DNA of 64,000 nucleotides, from assembly GCF_002105155.1 (NCBI RefSeq), contig NW_019028990.1, positions 620,001 to 684,000 of the forward strand, written 5' to 3'. Of this stretch, positions 36,548-49,519 are shown piece by piece; position 1 is the first letter of the stretch, and each line of letters begins with the position of its first letter. This DNA is from Lobosporangium transversale (Eukaryota). The notes below the pieces were generated by a model. It was not told the DNA's origin and ran no database searches. It was given only the letters and a program-made list of their open reading frames with translations. Both the position numbers and the translations under genes were made by a program.

Positions 36548-39305
36548 ATGGCATCTATGGCATCAGTTGCAGTTGACCCTGCCGACCCCCTGGCTCTTCA
36601 TAAACTGGTCTTTCTTAATAAAGTCCAAACTTTGAAGATGTATCTGACACCCTATAAACAGCGTCAGGCCATTGACGAAAAACAATCGCCACAGCAACAG
36701 CAACATTCAGGGAACAACTTCGAGGAAAAGGGCCATTACAATAAAAAAGATGCAACTCAGCAGAATCGACATCCCGCCATCAACTCCCTGGACAATCATC
36801 TGGTCACACCATTGCATCTCGCTGTCATGCTGAATCGCAAGGACATGGTCTCCATTCTTCTAGAGGCAGGTGCAAATCCAGTGGCTCGGTCTGGATCTGG
36901 CTGGACCCCAAGACAGGAGGCTGCCAGTCTGGGAGACCGAGAGTTGATTGAGATCTTAACACGGTATCAGCGCAAAGAGTTTTCAGGATCGTTCAAAACC
37001 AAAGCCATGAGCCTAGTCAAGCAGCTATCCGAGGTATTGGCCATAAAAAAGGAACACAACCAAGATTTTTTTTGTCACTCGCTGAGAGGCTGTTTTAATT
37101 AATTTCAAGTTGCTCATTTTATTATTTGCTTTTTTCTAAATGTGGCACATGGACAACCACAGGATCTTGATCAATTTTACTTTCAGCTTCAATGGTAAGA
37201 ATAAAACAAGGCAGTTCATCAACTCTCTTATGAATCACCTGAGCCCTCATGCTATCATAAGATATACGCTGACATTAATAATCCACTCTTCTCTATTTTT
37301 ATATCCGTTGTATTCTTCATAATGATCAGGGAGTTCCAAAGTTGGGGTATGCGAAAGAATCTTTCTCAAGAATAATGAGACATCTTTTTTTTTTTTTTTT
37401 TTTTTTCCACTGAGAACTAGCGACATAGGCTAATAAGATACAACTGATTTCTTGCCCACATAATTTTTTCACATCCTTTAGTTCCATTCGTAAGTGGATT
37501 ATGCCCAAACGATACATATCATATCTGGAAGAAGGGCAATTGTGTGCGCATGGATACATCTCTTGGTAAGGAGAATTTGGTCATAGCGATTTCTTCAAGG
37601 TTAAAAAAACAAAAAGACTCTTATATGCATTAACTAACAAAGTTTTTTTTTTTTTTTTTTTTTTTTTTTTCAGTTGGATTCGAAAACATGAAATGGTTGC
37701 GAGGTCATATTTCTATCATCTTTCGAGTAGATCCAATGTCTGGTAAGCTTTGTTTGCCCTAATCTGATATGATTTTGTTTTTCATCTTAAAAATAAAGCG
37801 GCCAGCTGATGTAGCCAATTAAAATAGGTCCAGAGCTAGTCATCATCGACCGCGTAAAAAAGATCACACAGCGCCTCGCTACATCTGCAGACGATGAGCA
37901 ACAACAAGCACAAGAACCAACGGATGAGGAAATCGAGAGAGAAGTGTCGGTTTGCTTCAATTCTGATATTGTAAGCGGCTTCTTGTTCTTTTCTATATCG
38001 CTTCTTCACATTGCGGCGCTAAATGACTACAACGTTCTAAAATATTAACCAGACGCATTTTCACGCATTTTCATCACAATTATTATATAGACCTCCACAA
38101 ATGTACCAACGTCTGCCATCAAATTTCACCGAGCAAAGACGGGACTATGGGGATACCGTACCGACAAGGTCGAAAAAGTGGGTGAATATGAATGTGCGGT
38201 GTGGAAAATGGATGGAGTCGAATTTCGAACAAGAGTCAGGACTGAGCACTTGAAGGACGAGTATGGGAAACCCCTTGAATTGCACAAAGCACCAGCAGTT
38301 AGAGCAACCAAAGGACATCACCATCACCATCACCATGGGGCTCATGGACATGGAAGGGCTGATCTTGCATTGATAGGAAATAGGGGAGGAAGGCAGAAAC
38401 AGCAGCCAAGGAGACCAATTCAACCACTTCTTGCAACCTTTACGGAATCCGAGCCTATAAAAGACAGTGACGCGAAAGGTGACACAACAGCTCTAGAAGA
38501 CCCTAGCAATGGGCCACTCTCAATAACCGCTTCTTCAGAGCCTGTAGAAAAGAATGATGTCAATGGGATTGATCAATCAAAACATCAACGAGTTATGGCT
38601 CCTAAAAAGCATGCTAGAAGTACGGGGACCATCTCAGACGATGCATTTTTCGAGACAGCACTAGAAGAGGCCGAAGAAGAGTTAGGGAATGAGGACGACC
38701 CCGATACTGCAGACGATATGGAGTTTGTCAACCCAAAAGCAATCTATCGAAAATCATTACCTCCGCCTCCACCACCAACCATTACGTTCGAGGAGTATTT
38801 TGACCAATCAAAGCAAGGGGAACTTCATCTAGGTAGACCATTGGAGCAGAAAGAGTCACGAAAGACATTCGGTGCAACTTTGTGGATGTATGATGGTAGT
38901 AATAGTAGCAATGTGTCTTCTTCAGCTTCGGGAACACTCCATGACAACAAATCGACTGCATCGATTGCAGCTTCATCTATCACATCATTGGGCAGTAATA
39001 GTAACAAGACAATAGTACCTCAATTCCCTCTGACTATCGAAAGGATTATTCCGCTCCTTGAGGTCATTGGGATGGACAATAACCGGTTGGTGGGCAAACT
39101 CAAAGAGTTTTTGGAGTTCCAATTACCGCCTGGTTTCCCCATCCGCGCTAATATCCCTGTATACCCTTCACTGAGTGCAGATGTTACTTTTGTAAATTAT
39201 GATGCTCAAAGAATCATTAATGACGATATGTTTGATGTACCTGGCGAGAGTGAAGGCTTTATGGAAGGGCTTGTCGTTCGATCCATGGGACAGGATGACA
39301 CATAA
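36548..39305 (+). CDS. ANKRD13-like protein (ankyrin repeats + GPCR-chaperone domain), multi-exon
   Basis: TPLHLAV...GWTPRQEA, 'FQLQWEFQSWVPFV..IMPNDT', and C-terminal 'FPLTIE.IIPLLEVIG...LKEFLEFQLPPGFPIRANIP'. Confidence 0.85.
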
Positions 39306-39646
39306 GAGCTGCAACTAATACTGTAAGATGCATCGTTTACTGCAGTGAAATAAAATAATAGAACATGTCGCTGCAGATTGACGAGAAGTCAGAACCTCTT
39401 GTTACTTTCTATCGAATCCTGGCGCAAAACCTTTCGCTATTTATCTTACTTTAGCCTTTGGCTGGCTTATTGATTCATCATACTGCTGTTGCCTTGTTAC
39501 TTTATGGCCCTTATTGTGCTTGGGCCATAATCCTTATTTGCTTCACTCGCCCACGCTCTTTGCGTTGTCTCTCTTTGTCAAGACCTTATCCACAGTTGAA
39601 AAAGCAAGGATGTCACACAACTTTATTTGAGCACTAAGCCATGAAT

Positions 39647-39787
39647 GAAAAGGAGCGTTAGATAGAAGCAATCTCTATTTGTTTTATTTTCTATAGTAGC
39701 TCCATATGATGCCGGTACTATGATCTTAAAGAGCACACGGCACCTTTAATAAGTTAGGTCCTCCTATTAACTCAGAGTGGAGTTCTG
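39647..39787. repeat. About 135-bp direct repeat, partner at 53104-53237
   Basis: gaaaaggagcgttagatagaagc...ctcagagtggagttctg appears in the same orientation at both sites, with one small indel. Confidence 0.9.
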
Positions 39788-39899
39788 ACTTAGAAACTTT
39801 TTCAAATTTAAAAAAAGAGACCTCCAGCCAAATGTCAAGTGTGGTCCCAGCCTGTGCATGTGCACATGAACTTCGTCCTCAGGCTGGTGACGAGACTGA
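39788..39899. mobile_element. MITE family A right-end fragment
   Basis: Sequence gtgcatgtgcacatgaacttcgtcctcaggctggtgacgag. Confidence 0.65.
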
Positions 39900-40276
39900 G
39901 AAAGATTGTCACGTCACAATGACCCAGAAAATGCATGTGGCTGATTTGAAAAAAAAAAAATTCTCACGCAAAGCCTAACCTTGAAATAAAGGAACAAATT
40001 TATCAGTTGCTCCTTTCTTTCCTTTGCTCCACTTCATTTTCGCCACCTTTTTCATATTTCACCACTTACCTCTTTTATTCATTCCAAGCCTTCATTTATT
40101 GCCTTTCTTTTCTTTTCCTTTCCTTTCCTTTTTTTTTTTTTTTTTACCTTACACATTTTTCATTTTAGTTTTCATACCGTGACCACGGGTGAAAGAGTAA
40201 GAATATACTTTTGCCTATTTAGGCATCATTCTCCCTGCATTTCAACCACACTCAGTCCCACTCATCTTAATTTTCA

Positions 40277-42725
40277 ATGGCCACCACAAGGAGCTCAACA
40301 CAAAAAAACATGGCTGCAAATAAGCCTGAGGATGCCTCCACACTCAATAAACGAAAAAGAGTAAACCAACACCCACAACGAAAAAAGCGCGCCATCCCAC
40401 TGCTGCTGCAGCTGAACTGCGTTGTCGAGGGAGAAGCAACGTCGTTCCCAGTAGAGATTTTCTGCGATAAATCGGTCGGGATGCTCAAGCAAGCCATCAA
40501 GGTAGCAAAGAAGCCAGAACTTGATCATGTTGACGCTGACCAGCTCACCCTCTACAAGGTCTCCATCCCTGACGAAGACAAGACCGTCGTCGAGTCAGAA
40601 ATCGAGTCAAAAGAGGCTCTTACAGTCGCATCAAGGGAGCTTGGGGACATATTCAACTCTGAACTTCCAAAGGAAACTATCCATGTTTTTGTCAAGCCAC
40701 CACAGCGAGGTATATCCTTGGCTCTTGATGGACTGATTGTTGATATTTTCAGCTGATGAAGCTTGGTTTGTATCTTAAACGGCCATGTGCATAATATCAC
40801 CATTTGGTTTGTGTCTTGATAACTCAACGTTCTTTCTCATTATTCGCTTTTGATACTTAGCTCAGAAAAGAAAACAAGATGGAGATTCTGGTGAGTGCTT
40901 TTGGCCGAGAATCTGGTTATTGATCATTTTAGAGTGATGTGCAATAAATCAAAAATATTGACTTTGATCACTCTATCTCCTTTATCAGAGTCACCCTCTA
41001 AAAAAGCTCGTCCAAGTATAAGTAGCAGAGGTGCTCTTAGGGATGCGATTACAGAAGCAGGGCTTGTAACGAAAGGGATAGTGATGGTAGCCCTGCCATC
41101 TCGCGTCTAAACTCGAAAGAGAGGGTCAAGCTGCTTTCGTACATGGGGAAGACATCAGTAGATAGTATTTACTACAGCATTATTAGCGTGGCTCGCGAGC
41201 TCCGAAATTCTGGTGGTATCAAGGATTCCAAAATATTGACTGCCCCTGAGGGTCGTATCTTCCCTGTTGCCGGAACAAGGCATCTTTATATCAGAGATGA
41301 ATATAAAGAGCTTTATGACCATATTACATCCGAATTAAGTACCCGTCATGAAGTACCTCGTTTGAACCGACTCTTTATCACTGGAACGCCTGGAATTGGG
41401 AAGTCAGCCTTTTTGGTCTATTTTGCCATCCGCCTCCTTGCCGAACACGATGAGGAAAATCCACCGATTATTATTTTCCAAGAGGAGCAGCATACCAGTT
41501 GTTATGTTTATGGAGGAACAACTTGCCAACGTTATGGGGAGAGAGTAGATTTCAAAGATTTCCTTGACCAACGTGAAACGTGGTATTTAGTTGATAGTGG
41601 TGAAAATTCTCTACCAGGTAAAGCCAGGACGATATTTTCAGCATCGCCAAGAACTCTCTATGAGCATTACGATGAACTCACCAAGGAAAATATACCAGAT
41701 AGCTACTATCATATGTCACTCTGGAGTCTGGATGAGCTTAAGGAATGTAGAGCCAATGTAAAGTTTTTTCATGTAATGAGTGAAGCATTTTTGGAGGAGC
41801 TTTTTTACTACTTGGGGGGCGTGCCAAGACAGGTTCTACAGTGTCCAGCCAATGTACTATCCAATAATCAAAAACATACTGAGCGTGCTAAAGAAGCTGC
41901 GTTATTCCGCGTCAATGATGCCATTAGTACACTCAAGAAACCAGCAGATCTTCTAAGGCTCTTTGCACGAGGAAAAGATGCGAGTGGATTTAGTCGTTTA
42001 CTCCATAGAGTTCCTACTTCTGACCACCTCCACCTCCACCTGGTATGGGCATCTCGTTGGGTCGAATCACAGATTCACAGATTATGGACAAAATAAAAGA
42101 TAACACTTGGGTCGATGTGTTGGCGAGACTTGTCATAGGCGGAGAGGATATAGATAAAGGCCCACTGTTTGAAATCTATGCTCATCGCTTATTTCGACGT
42201 GGTGATATTAGATTTCCCTTTAGGGATCTCCAGTCAGGCGAAACAGGATTTCTTGATTTTCCAGCAAATCCAGAAGAGGTGTTTATCCGGACTTCAGAGG
42301 GATTATCAGGGCTCACTCAAGCAGCTGGCAAGTTGTTTGTACCAGAACATTCTAAATTTCCGTGCATTGATTTTGCATTGGGACCCAACGAGCTATTTCA
42401 GGTCACAGTATCAGAGGGGCATCCGATCAAGCAAGCACCATTCAAGGAGATGATTGATTGTATTACTGGACCCTGCTTGAAGGGAGACCGATCAAAGTCG
42501 AAGGGAGACCGATCAAAGTCGAAGGGAAGTGATGATATTTTCCTCTATTTTGTGGTGCCAGGAGACGTATATAACGATTTTAAAGTTCAGAACTTTCTTA
42601 CCGCCAGAAATACGGTCGTCAAGAAGCCATATAAATGCTTAAAACATGTAAGACAGCGTGTCATAAAAATCGACATCGAAGCTGCATATTCAGGAGGATC
42701 AGCCGGTACGAATCTGAAGAATTAA
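40277..42725 (+). pseudogene. Crinkler CRN-2 (header + NTPase + REase, second type), frameshifted
   Basis: Exons 40277-40709, 40861-40890 and 40989-42725. Walker A is GTPGIGKS and the REase motif is FPCIDF...FQVTVSEGH. Relative to CRN-3 there is a 1-nt loss at about 41084 and an 8-nt tandem duplication (tcacagat) at about 42067-42082. Confidence 0.85.
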
Positions 42726-44934
42726 ATCGAATAGCAATCAAGTGGATGAAATTTTGTCTTTTTTTAAAAAAAGCATTATACCCGTTCCTTGAGAAATTTT
42801 TACAATGGGTCATTCTTTATGAATGAAGCCATCATTATCCACTTACCTTCAAGACGAATAAATAGAGCGGTTTAATCCGTCCTCCCTTCTACTTGGGGCA
42901 TTTAGAACTTTATAAAGCTGTGATCATTATGCGATCTTGTGTGCAAGAAAAGGCAGGATTTTGTGATACTATTATCAAAGAGTTTTGTAAAAACGGATAG
43001 AGATGAAGAATCCTGTGGAGAACCCAGTGAGAGTCTGATGATGAGACCCAAAACCATATTATTATCACCAGGACAGCTGGCCTAGGAAATTATCCTTTCT
43101 GGATGCTTGCCACTTGCGAAAGACCTATCAATTATCATCATTCAGGGCGCCAAAACGTTTACCGGGAGCTAGGATGACAGCTCCACTCTAAAGACATAAA
43201 TGTCCCATGGTGCGCGTGCACGGGATGGCAACCTGTGGCCAATGAGATCATATTAGTTGTATGTTCGGCCAATTCAGTATCAGTATGTGAAGGCGGCGCG
43301 TCTTGAATCTCTAGGCGTCCGGGGACATGGAATAAAAAAACATCAAGAATTTGGCCAAGGCTGCCACGCGCTTGACCGGTAAAATGTGATACAATATTGG
43401 ATTGTGTCGTCAGTATATTAATAGTTCTCGGTATATTAATGCTACATGCTGTTGAGGGCATCAATCTCGCCAGAATCATCCCCTCTCACATCAATTCATG
43501 GACGGATGAAAGATTAGGAGGAAAAGGTCCTTGATGTCTGGGATATCCACGCTTGTTTATAATCTCACCAAATGTTCTGTGTCTTGCGCTCATAGGCGGC
43601 TAATCGCAGTTTGGTTTTCGTATACCCCTTGAAGAACGTAGGCAAAAATGCCTTTATGTTTTATATTTGATACTCATCAATTTACCCTTTTTACTTGTCC
43701 GAAGGTAGAATGACGCCTAGCCAATGGATGCTATTGCAAGTGTGTCCACAGGTCCTTGGAGAAGTTCATTGAGGAAACTCGGTTCCATCCAGGACAGATT
43801 TATTCCTAGCGTTCTTCACAAAAGTAGCAGAATTACTTGGTGGAGTTGGCTTTAATTGCCTTGACAAGCTCCTGCAAGATTGGTTCGACAATCTAATCAG
43901 GGTCCTTTCGGAGCGGCATCAAAGCAACTCTATGTTTTTGGTTGTTTTGAACGAGGCGCAGGATATGGGGAGGGGAGGCTAAATACCAGTTTATTAATAA
44001 CGACGACACTATGCGACCAATATTATCAGCATTCTTTCATGGATTGGAGGGTTTATCAGAGAATTTACCACGAATTTGCATAGTTCCTTGCGGGATAGAC
44101 TTTTGTATTTATGATCCTGCTTGGGTTAAGAGAACTGGCAAAGCTTCAAGGAATATCGAGAAGTTCTCGATGACTTGAGGTTCAAGAGTGCAGTATCGTT
44201 TCCTAGATGGGATAATCAAGCAAAAGTCCGGACATACTTCAAGACACTCGTGCGATATTTGGTCAATCGCGTGGCAGCCTTGGCCACATTCTTGATGTTT
44301 TTTTATTCCATGTCCCCGGACGCCTAGAGATTCAAGACGCACCGTCTTCACATACTGACACTGAATTGGCCGAACATACAACTAATATGATCTCATTGGT
44401 CACAGGTTGCCATCCCGTGCACGCACCATGGGGCTAAAACGACATTTATGTCTTTAGAGTGGAGCTGTCATCCTAGCTCCCGGTAAACGTTTTGGCGCCC
44501 TGGATGATGATAATTGATAGGTCTTTCGCAAGTGGCAAGCATCCAGATGACAAAGCATATGAGAAAGGATAATTTCCTATGCCAGCTGTCCTGGTGATAA
44601 TAATATGGTTTTGGGTCTCATCATCAGACTCTCACTGGGTTCTCCACAGGATTCTTCATCTCTATCCGTTTTTACAAAACTCTTTGATAATAGTATCACA
44701 AAATCCTGCCTTTTCTTGCACACAAGATCGCATAATGATCACAGCTTTATAAAGTTCTATATGCCCCAGTAGAAGGGAGGACGGATTAAACCGCTCTATC
44801 TATTCGTCTAAAAGGTAAGTGGATAATGATGGCTTCATTCATAAAGAATGAACCATTGTAAAAAATTCTCAAGGAATGGGTATAATGCTTTTTTTAAAAA
44901 AGACAAAATTTCATCCACTTGATTGGTATTCGAT

Positions 44935-47380
44935 TTAATTCTTCAGATTCGTACCGGCTGCTCCTCCTGAATATGCAGCTTCGATGTCGATTTTTATGAC
45001 ACGCTGTCTTACATGTTTTAAGCATACATATGGATTCTTGACGACCGTATCTTTGGTGGTAAGAAAGTTCTGAACTTTAAAATTATCATATATGTTTCCT
45101 GGCACCGCAAAATAGAGGAAAATGGTATCGTCACTTCCCTTCGACTTTGATTGGTCTCCCTTCAAGCAGGGTCCAGTAATATATTCAATTATCTCCTTGA
45201 ATGGTGCTTGCTTGATCGGATGCTTCTCTGATACTGTGACCTGAAATAGCTTGTTGGGCCCCAATGCAAAATCAATGCACGGAAAGGTGGTTATAGATGG
45301 TACAAACAACTTGTCAGCTGCTTGAGTGAGCCCTGATAATTCATTTGAAGTCCGGATATGCACCACTTCTGGGTTTGCTGGAAAATCAAGAAATCCTGTT
45401 TCGCCTGACTGAAGATCCCTAAAGGGAAATCTAATATCACCACGTCGAAATAAGTGATGAGCATAGACTTCAAACAGTGGGCCTTTATCTATATCCTCTC
45501 CGCGTTTGACAAGTTTCGCCAACACATCGCGCCAAGTGTCATCTTTCATTTCCTCGATAATCCGTGATTCGACCCAACGAGATGCCCATACCAGGTGGAA
45601 GCCGAGGTGGTCAGAAGTGGGAACTCTATGGAGTAAACGACCACTAAATTCACTCGCTTCTTTTCCTCGTGCAAAGAGCGCTACAAGATCTGCTGGGTTC
45701 CTGACTGCGTTAATGGCAGCATTGACGCGGGAAAACGCAGCGTCTTTAGCGCGGTTAATATCTTTTTGCTTTTCAGATAGTACATCGACTGGACACTGTA
45801 GAACCTGTCTTGGCACTCCCCCCAACTTGTAAAAAAGCTCCTCCAAAAATTCTTCATCCATTGGATGATAATCCTCTACATTGGCTCTACATTCCTTAAG
45901 CTCGTCCAAACTCCAGAGTGACATGTGATAGTAGCTAATTGGTGTAGTTTCCTTGCTGAGTTCAGCGTACTGCTCATTGAGAGTTTTTGGTGATGCCGCA
46001 AATATCGTCCTGGCTTGATCTGGTTGAGGATGGTTACCACTGTCAACTAAATACCACGTTTCAGGTTGCTCAAGAAAATGTTTGAAATCTACTCTCTCCC
46101 CATAACGTTGGCAAGTTGTTCCTCCGTAGGCATAACATTCGGTATTCTTCTTTTCATGGAAAACAATAATCGGTGGATTCTCTTCGTCATGCTCTGCAAG
46201 GAGGCGGACGGCAAAGTAGACCAAAAAGGCTGACTTCCCAATTCCAGGCGTTCCAGTGACAAAGTATCGGTTCTTGCGCCATCTTATACGAGGAGTCTTG
46301 ATTAAGGTTGTAATATGGTCATAAAGCTTTTTATATTCTTCTCTGATATAAAGATGCCTTGTTCCGACAACAGGGAAGACACGACCCTCAGGGGCAGTCA
46401 ATATTTTGGAACCCTTGATACCACCAGAATTTCGGAGCTCGCAAGCCACGCTAACAATGCTGTAGTAAATACTATCTCCTGAAAACTCCTCCCCCATGTA
46501 CGAAAGCAGCTTGACCCTCTCTTTCGAGTTGAGAGGCGAGAGGACAGGCCTACCATTCACTATCCCTTTCGTTACAAGCCCCGCTTCTGTAATCGCATCC
46601 CTAAGAGTACCTCTGCTACTTATACTTGGACGAGCTTTTTTAGAGGGTGACTCTGATAAAGGAGATAGAGTGATCAAAGTCAATATTTTTGATTTATTGC
46701 ACTGCACATCACTCTGAATTGATCAATAACCAGGTTCTCAGCCAAAAGCACTCACCAGCATCTCCATCTTGTTTTCTTTTCTGAGCTAAGTATCAAAGGC
46801 GAATAATTAGAAAGAACGTTGAGTTATCAAGACACAAACCAAATGGTGATATCACGTGGTATTGGGCATGAAAATAAGCAAACAAGCTTCATCAATTGAA
46901 AATATCAACAACAACCATCAGTCCATCAAGAGCTAAATACATACCTCGCTGTGGTGGCTTGACAATAACATGAATAGTTTCCTCTGGAAGTTCGGAAATA
47001 AATATGTCCCCAAGCTTCCTTGATGCGACTGTAAGAGCCTCTTTCGACTCGATTTCTGACTCAAAGATGGCCTCGCCTTTGTCAGGGATGGAGACCTTGT
47101 AGAGGGTGAGCTGGTAAGCGTCGATGTCCTTAAATGCATTGGTATTCTTTGCTTTGATGGCTTGCTTGAGTTCGCCGACTGAACGATCAGAAGGAATATT
47201 TACAGGAAAACATGAAGCTTCTCCATCAACAATACAAAAAATCTTTAGCTCGGTTGGCTCGAGGATTTTAGGGTCATTGGTGCTTGAAGACTCTTCCTTC
47301 GCTTCCCCTTTTCTTTCTTTCTTTTCATACGGTTCAGTTCGAGGTGATGGGCATCGTGATGGTGTTCTGCTGCTTCCCAT
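44935..47380 (-). CDS. Crinkler CRN-3 (header + CR-NTPase + CR-REase), apparently intact
   Basis: Exons 47380-46945, 46785-46756 and 46652-44935 are in frame. Motifs LKIFCIVDGE...LTLYKV...IHVIVKPP, GTPGIGKS, YLVDS and GPLFE...FPCIDF...FQVTVSEKH. Confidence 0.88.
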
Positions 47381-48292
47381 TGTGTTTTCAAACCTGTTTA
47401 AAAACAAGGGCGTAAATAGGCGGAGGACAGAAAATAGGGAAAGGTTGATAAAAATGCTAAAGGATGATAATTCAGTAGCAGGATGGTTCAAAATTGTCTA
47501 GAGATGAAGTTGAGGGAGGAAAAGAAAAAAAGAAAAAAAAAAAGGAAAGGAAAGGAAAGGAAAGGAAAGGAAAGGCAATGAATGAAGGCTTGGAATAAAT
47601 AAAAGAGCAAAATTGATGGGAGCAAAATTGGGGTGAAATAAGAAAAAAGTGAAAAGAGGATAAAGGAAGAAAAGGAAGAGGAGAGTGCAAAAATGAAGTG
47701 AAGCAAGTTAAAGAAAGGAGCGACAATTGATAAATTTGTTCCTTTATTTCAAGGTTGGGCTATGCTGTGTGTGTGTGTGAGAAATTTTTTTTTCTTGTTG
47801 CACAAGACGCCATGCGATTAAAGGCCCCCAAGTGTGACGTAACATGTATTATTTAAATACACAAACACTATTCATTCTCTTTAACTCTCTTGTTTTAACC
47901 ACACAATCGAAAGTATGCACACATTCACCCTACATTCATCCCACTATGTACAAGTCAAATACTCCCTCATTCCAAGAACAAGAAGCTGTTACTGATATTG
48001 TAAGTGTTCAAACGCGAATAATAATTTTTTTGTATCAGTGCTTTCTTGGTGATATCTAAGCAAAATTATGCTTTAGAGAAAACCCTTGACGCGTCAAACT
48101 TTAGGAAGGATGGGGAGAATGACAGCAAAGAAAGAAAAGATGGCAATGAAGAAAAAGAGGAGGATGATCAAGTAGATATCCCAGCAATTATATTAGTTGC
48201 CCCATAAAGTCTAGTTCATTGCTTGAGAGTAATAAAGAAAAAACTTGGCATTTGGACGTTAAGAATGGACTCAATAATATTGGTTTTGTGCA

Positions 48293-48780
48293 AGCCTGAG
48301 GACGAAGTTCATGTGCACATGCACGCGCCGAAAGGCAAACGTGGCATGCTCTTGCAGACACTTCTCTGGGACCAAACGTGACATTTTGGCTGGAGGTCTA
48401 AAAAATTTCTAAGTCGAACACACTACAGGAAAGGCTCTTTTTTTATTTTTTTTTATTTCCAAATCATTTACACCACAGGGAGCTTTTTTTTTTTTTTTAA
48501 GATGAGAATGATGGGAGGTAAATTTCGTAATGAATAAATGAGGTTGTGAAATGAGAGCAAGAAAAACAATGGCATGCTTCACATGTAGGCCATTTTCTTG
48601 TGATCTGCAAACTTTGCTTAAAAAAAAAATGACAAAAAAAAGAGCCTTTCCTGCGGTGTTTTCGACTTAAGAAATTTTTTTAAGCCAGTCCCAGCCTGTG
48701 AGAGAGAAGAGCAAGCCACATTTGGCTTCCAGCACGTGCATGTGCACATGAACTTCGTCCTCAGGCTGGTGACGAGCCTA
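48293..48780. mobile_element. MITE family A copy
   Basis: Inverted ends agcctgaggacgaagttcatgtgcacatgcac and gtgcatgtgcacatgaacttcgtcctcaggctggtgacgagccta. Confidence 0.75.
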
Positions 48781-49519
48781 GTGAACCCATCTGATACTAT
48801 AAACACCTGAACACTGCCAGACTACTCTACGTCCCTTAAACAATATTCCTAGCATACATCTGGACTTTGCAAGGGATGTGTCAATACTTCGACAAACATG
48901 TAACATTTAATGGCTGCATCACAGCCCTTGGATTGTGGAAGCGCTGAAAGTATGCGGAAAACGGGAACCATTTGTGTTTTTACTAGCAACAAGCGTGGTT
49001 TCAAAAAAGTGTGCCTCCAAGGAACAAATCCTATATCCTTCATTGCTCAAAAGAGACAATCTTGTCTTTTCTGCACCCCAAAAGCTCGCCATAATCCTAT
49101 TGAAGCGTTCAGAGGCATTATTTGCCTCATAGTTTGAGGATTAGCAGACTTTCAGTCAAGCTTTATTGTTTTGAACAAACACAGTAAATCCTGTCCATTC
49201 GAAGTTAGTCCCTTTGGATGGCAGCTATTCAGGAGATGCTAATCAATTCCGCTAAATTATGGTGAAATCAAAGCAGATTTGGAAAACCAACAAGCATCGA
49301 ACAGTCGCCTTAACAAGCGAGTGACCTCTCTGTGGCGCGCACGGAGCATGGAGGGCGACTTTTCAAATTCTTTTATAGAGATGAAATCCAAAGTCGCCCC
49401 CAGTTAAATATTTTAGCCGTGATACATCTCAAAAATAAAGAACCGTGTTATTAAATTTCTATGACAAGCCTTTTTATAGGATTAAGAACTATATTATTAC
49501 TGTAACTGTGACGAAAATT

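Noticed and set aside
43378..44381. Gene remnant in the palindrome spacer
   Set aside because: Only short broken ORFs with no identifiable domain.
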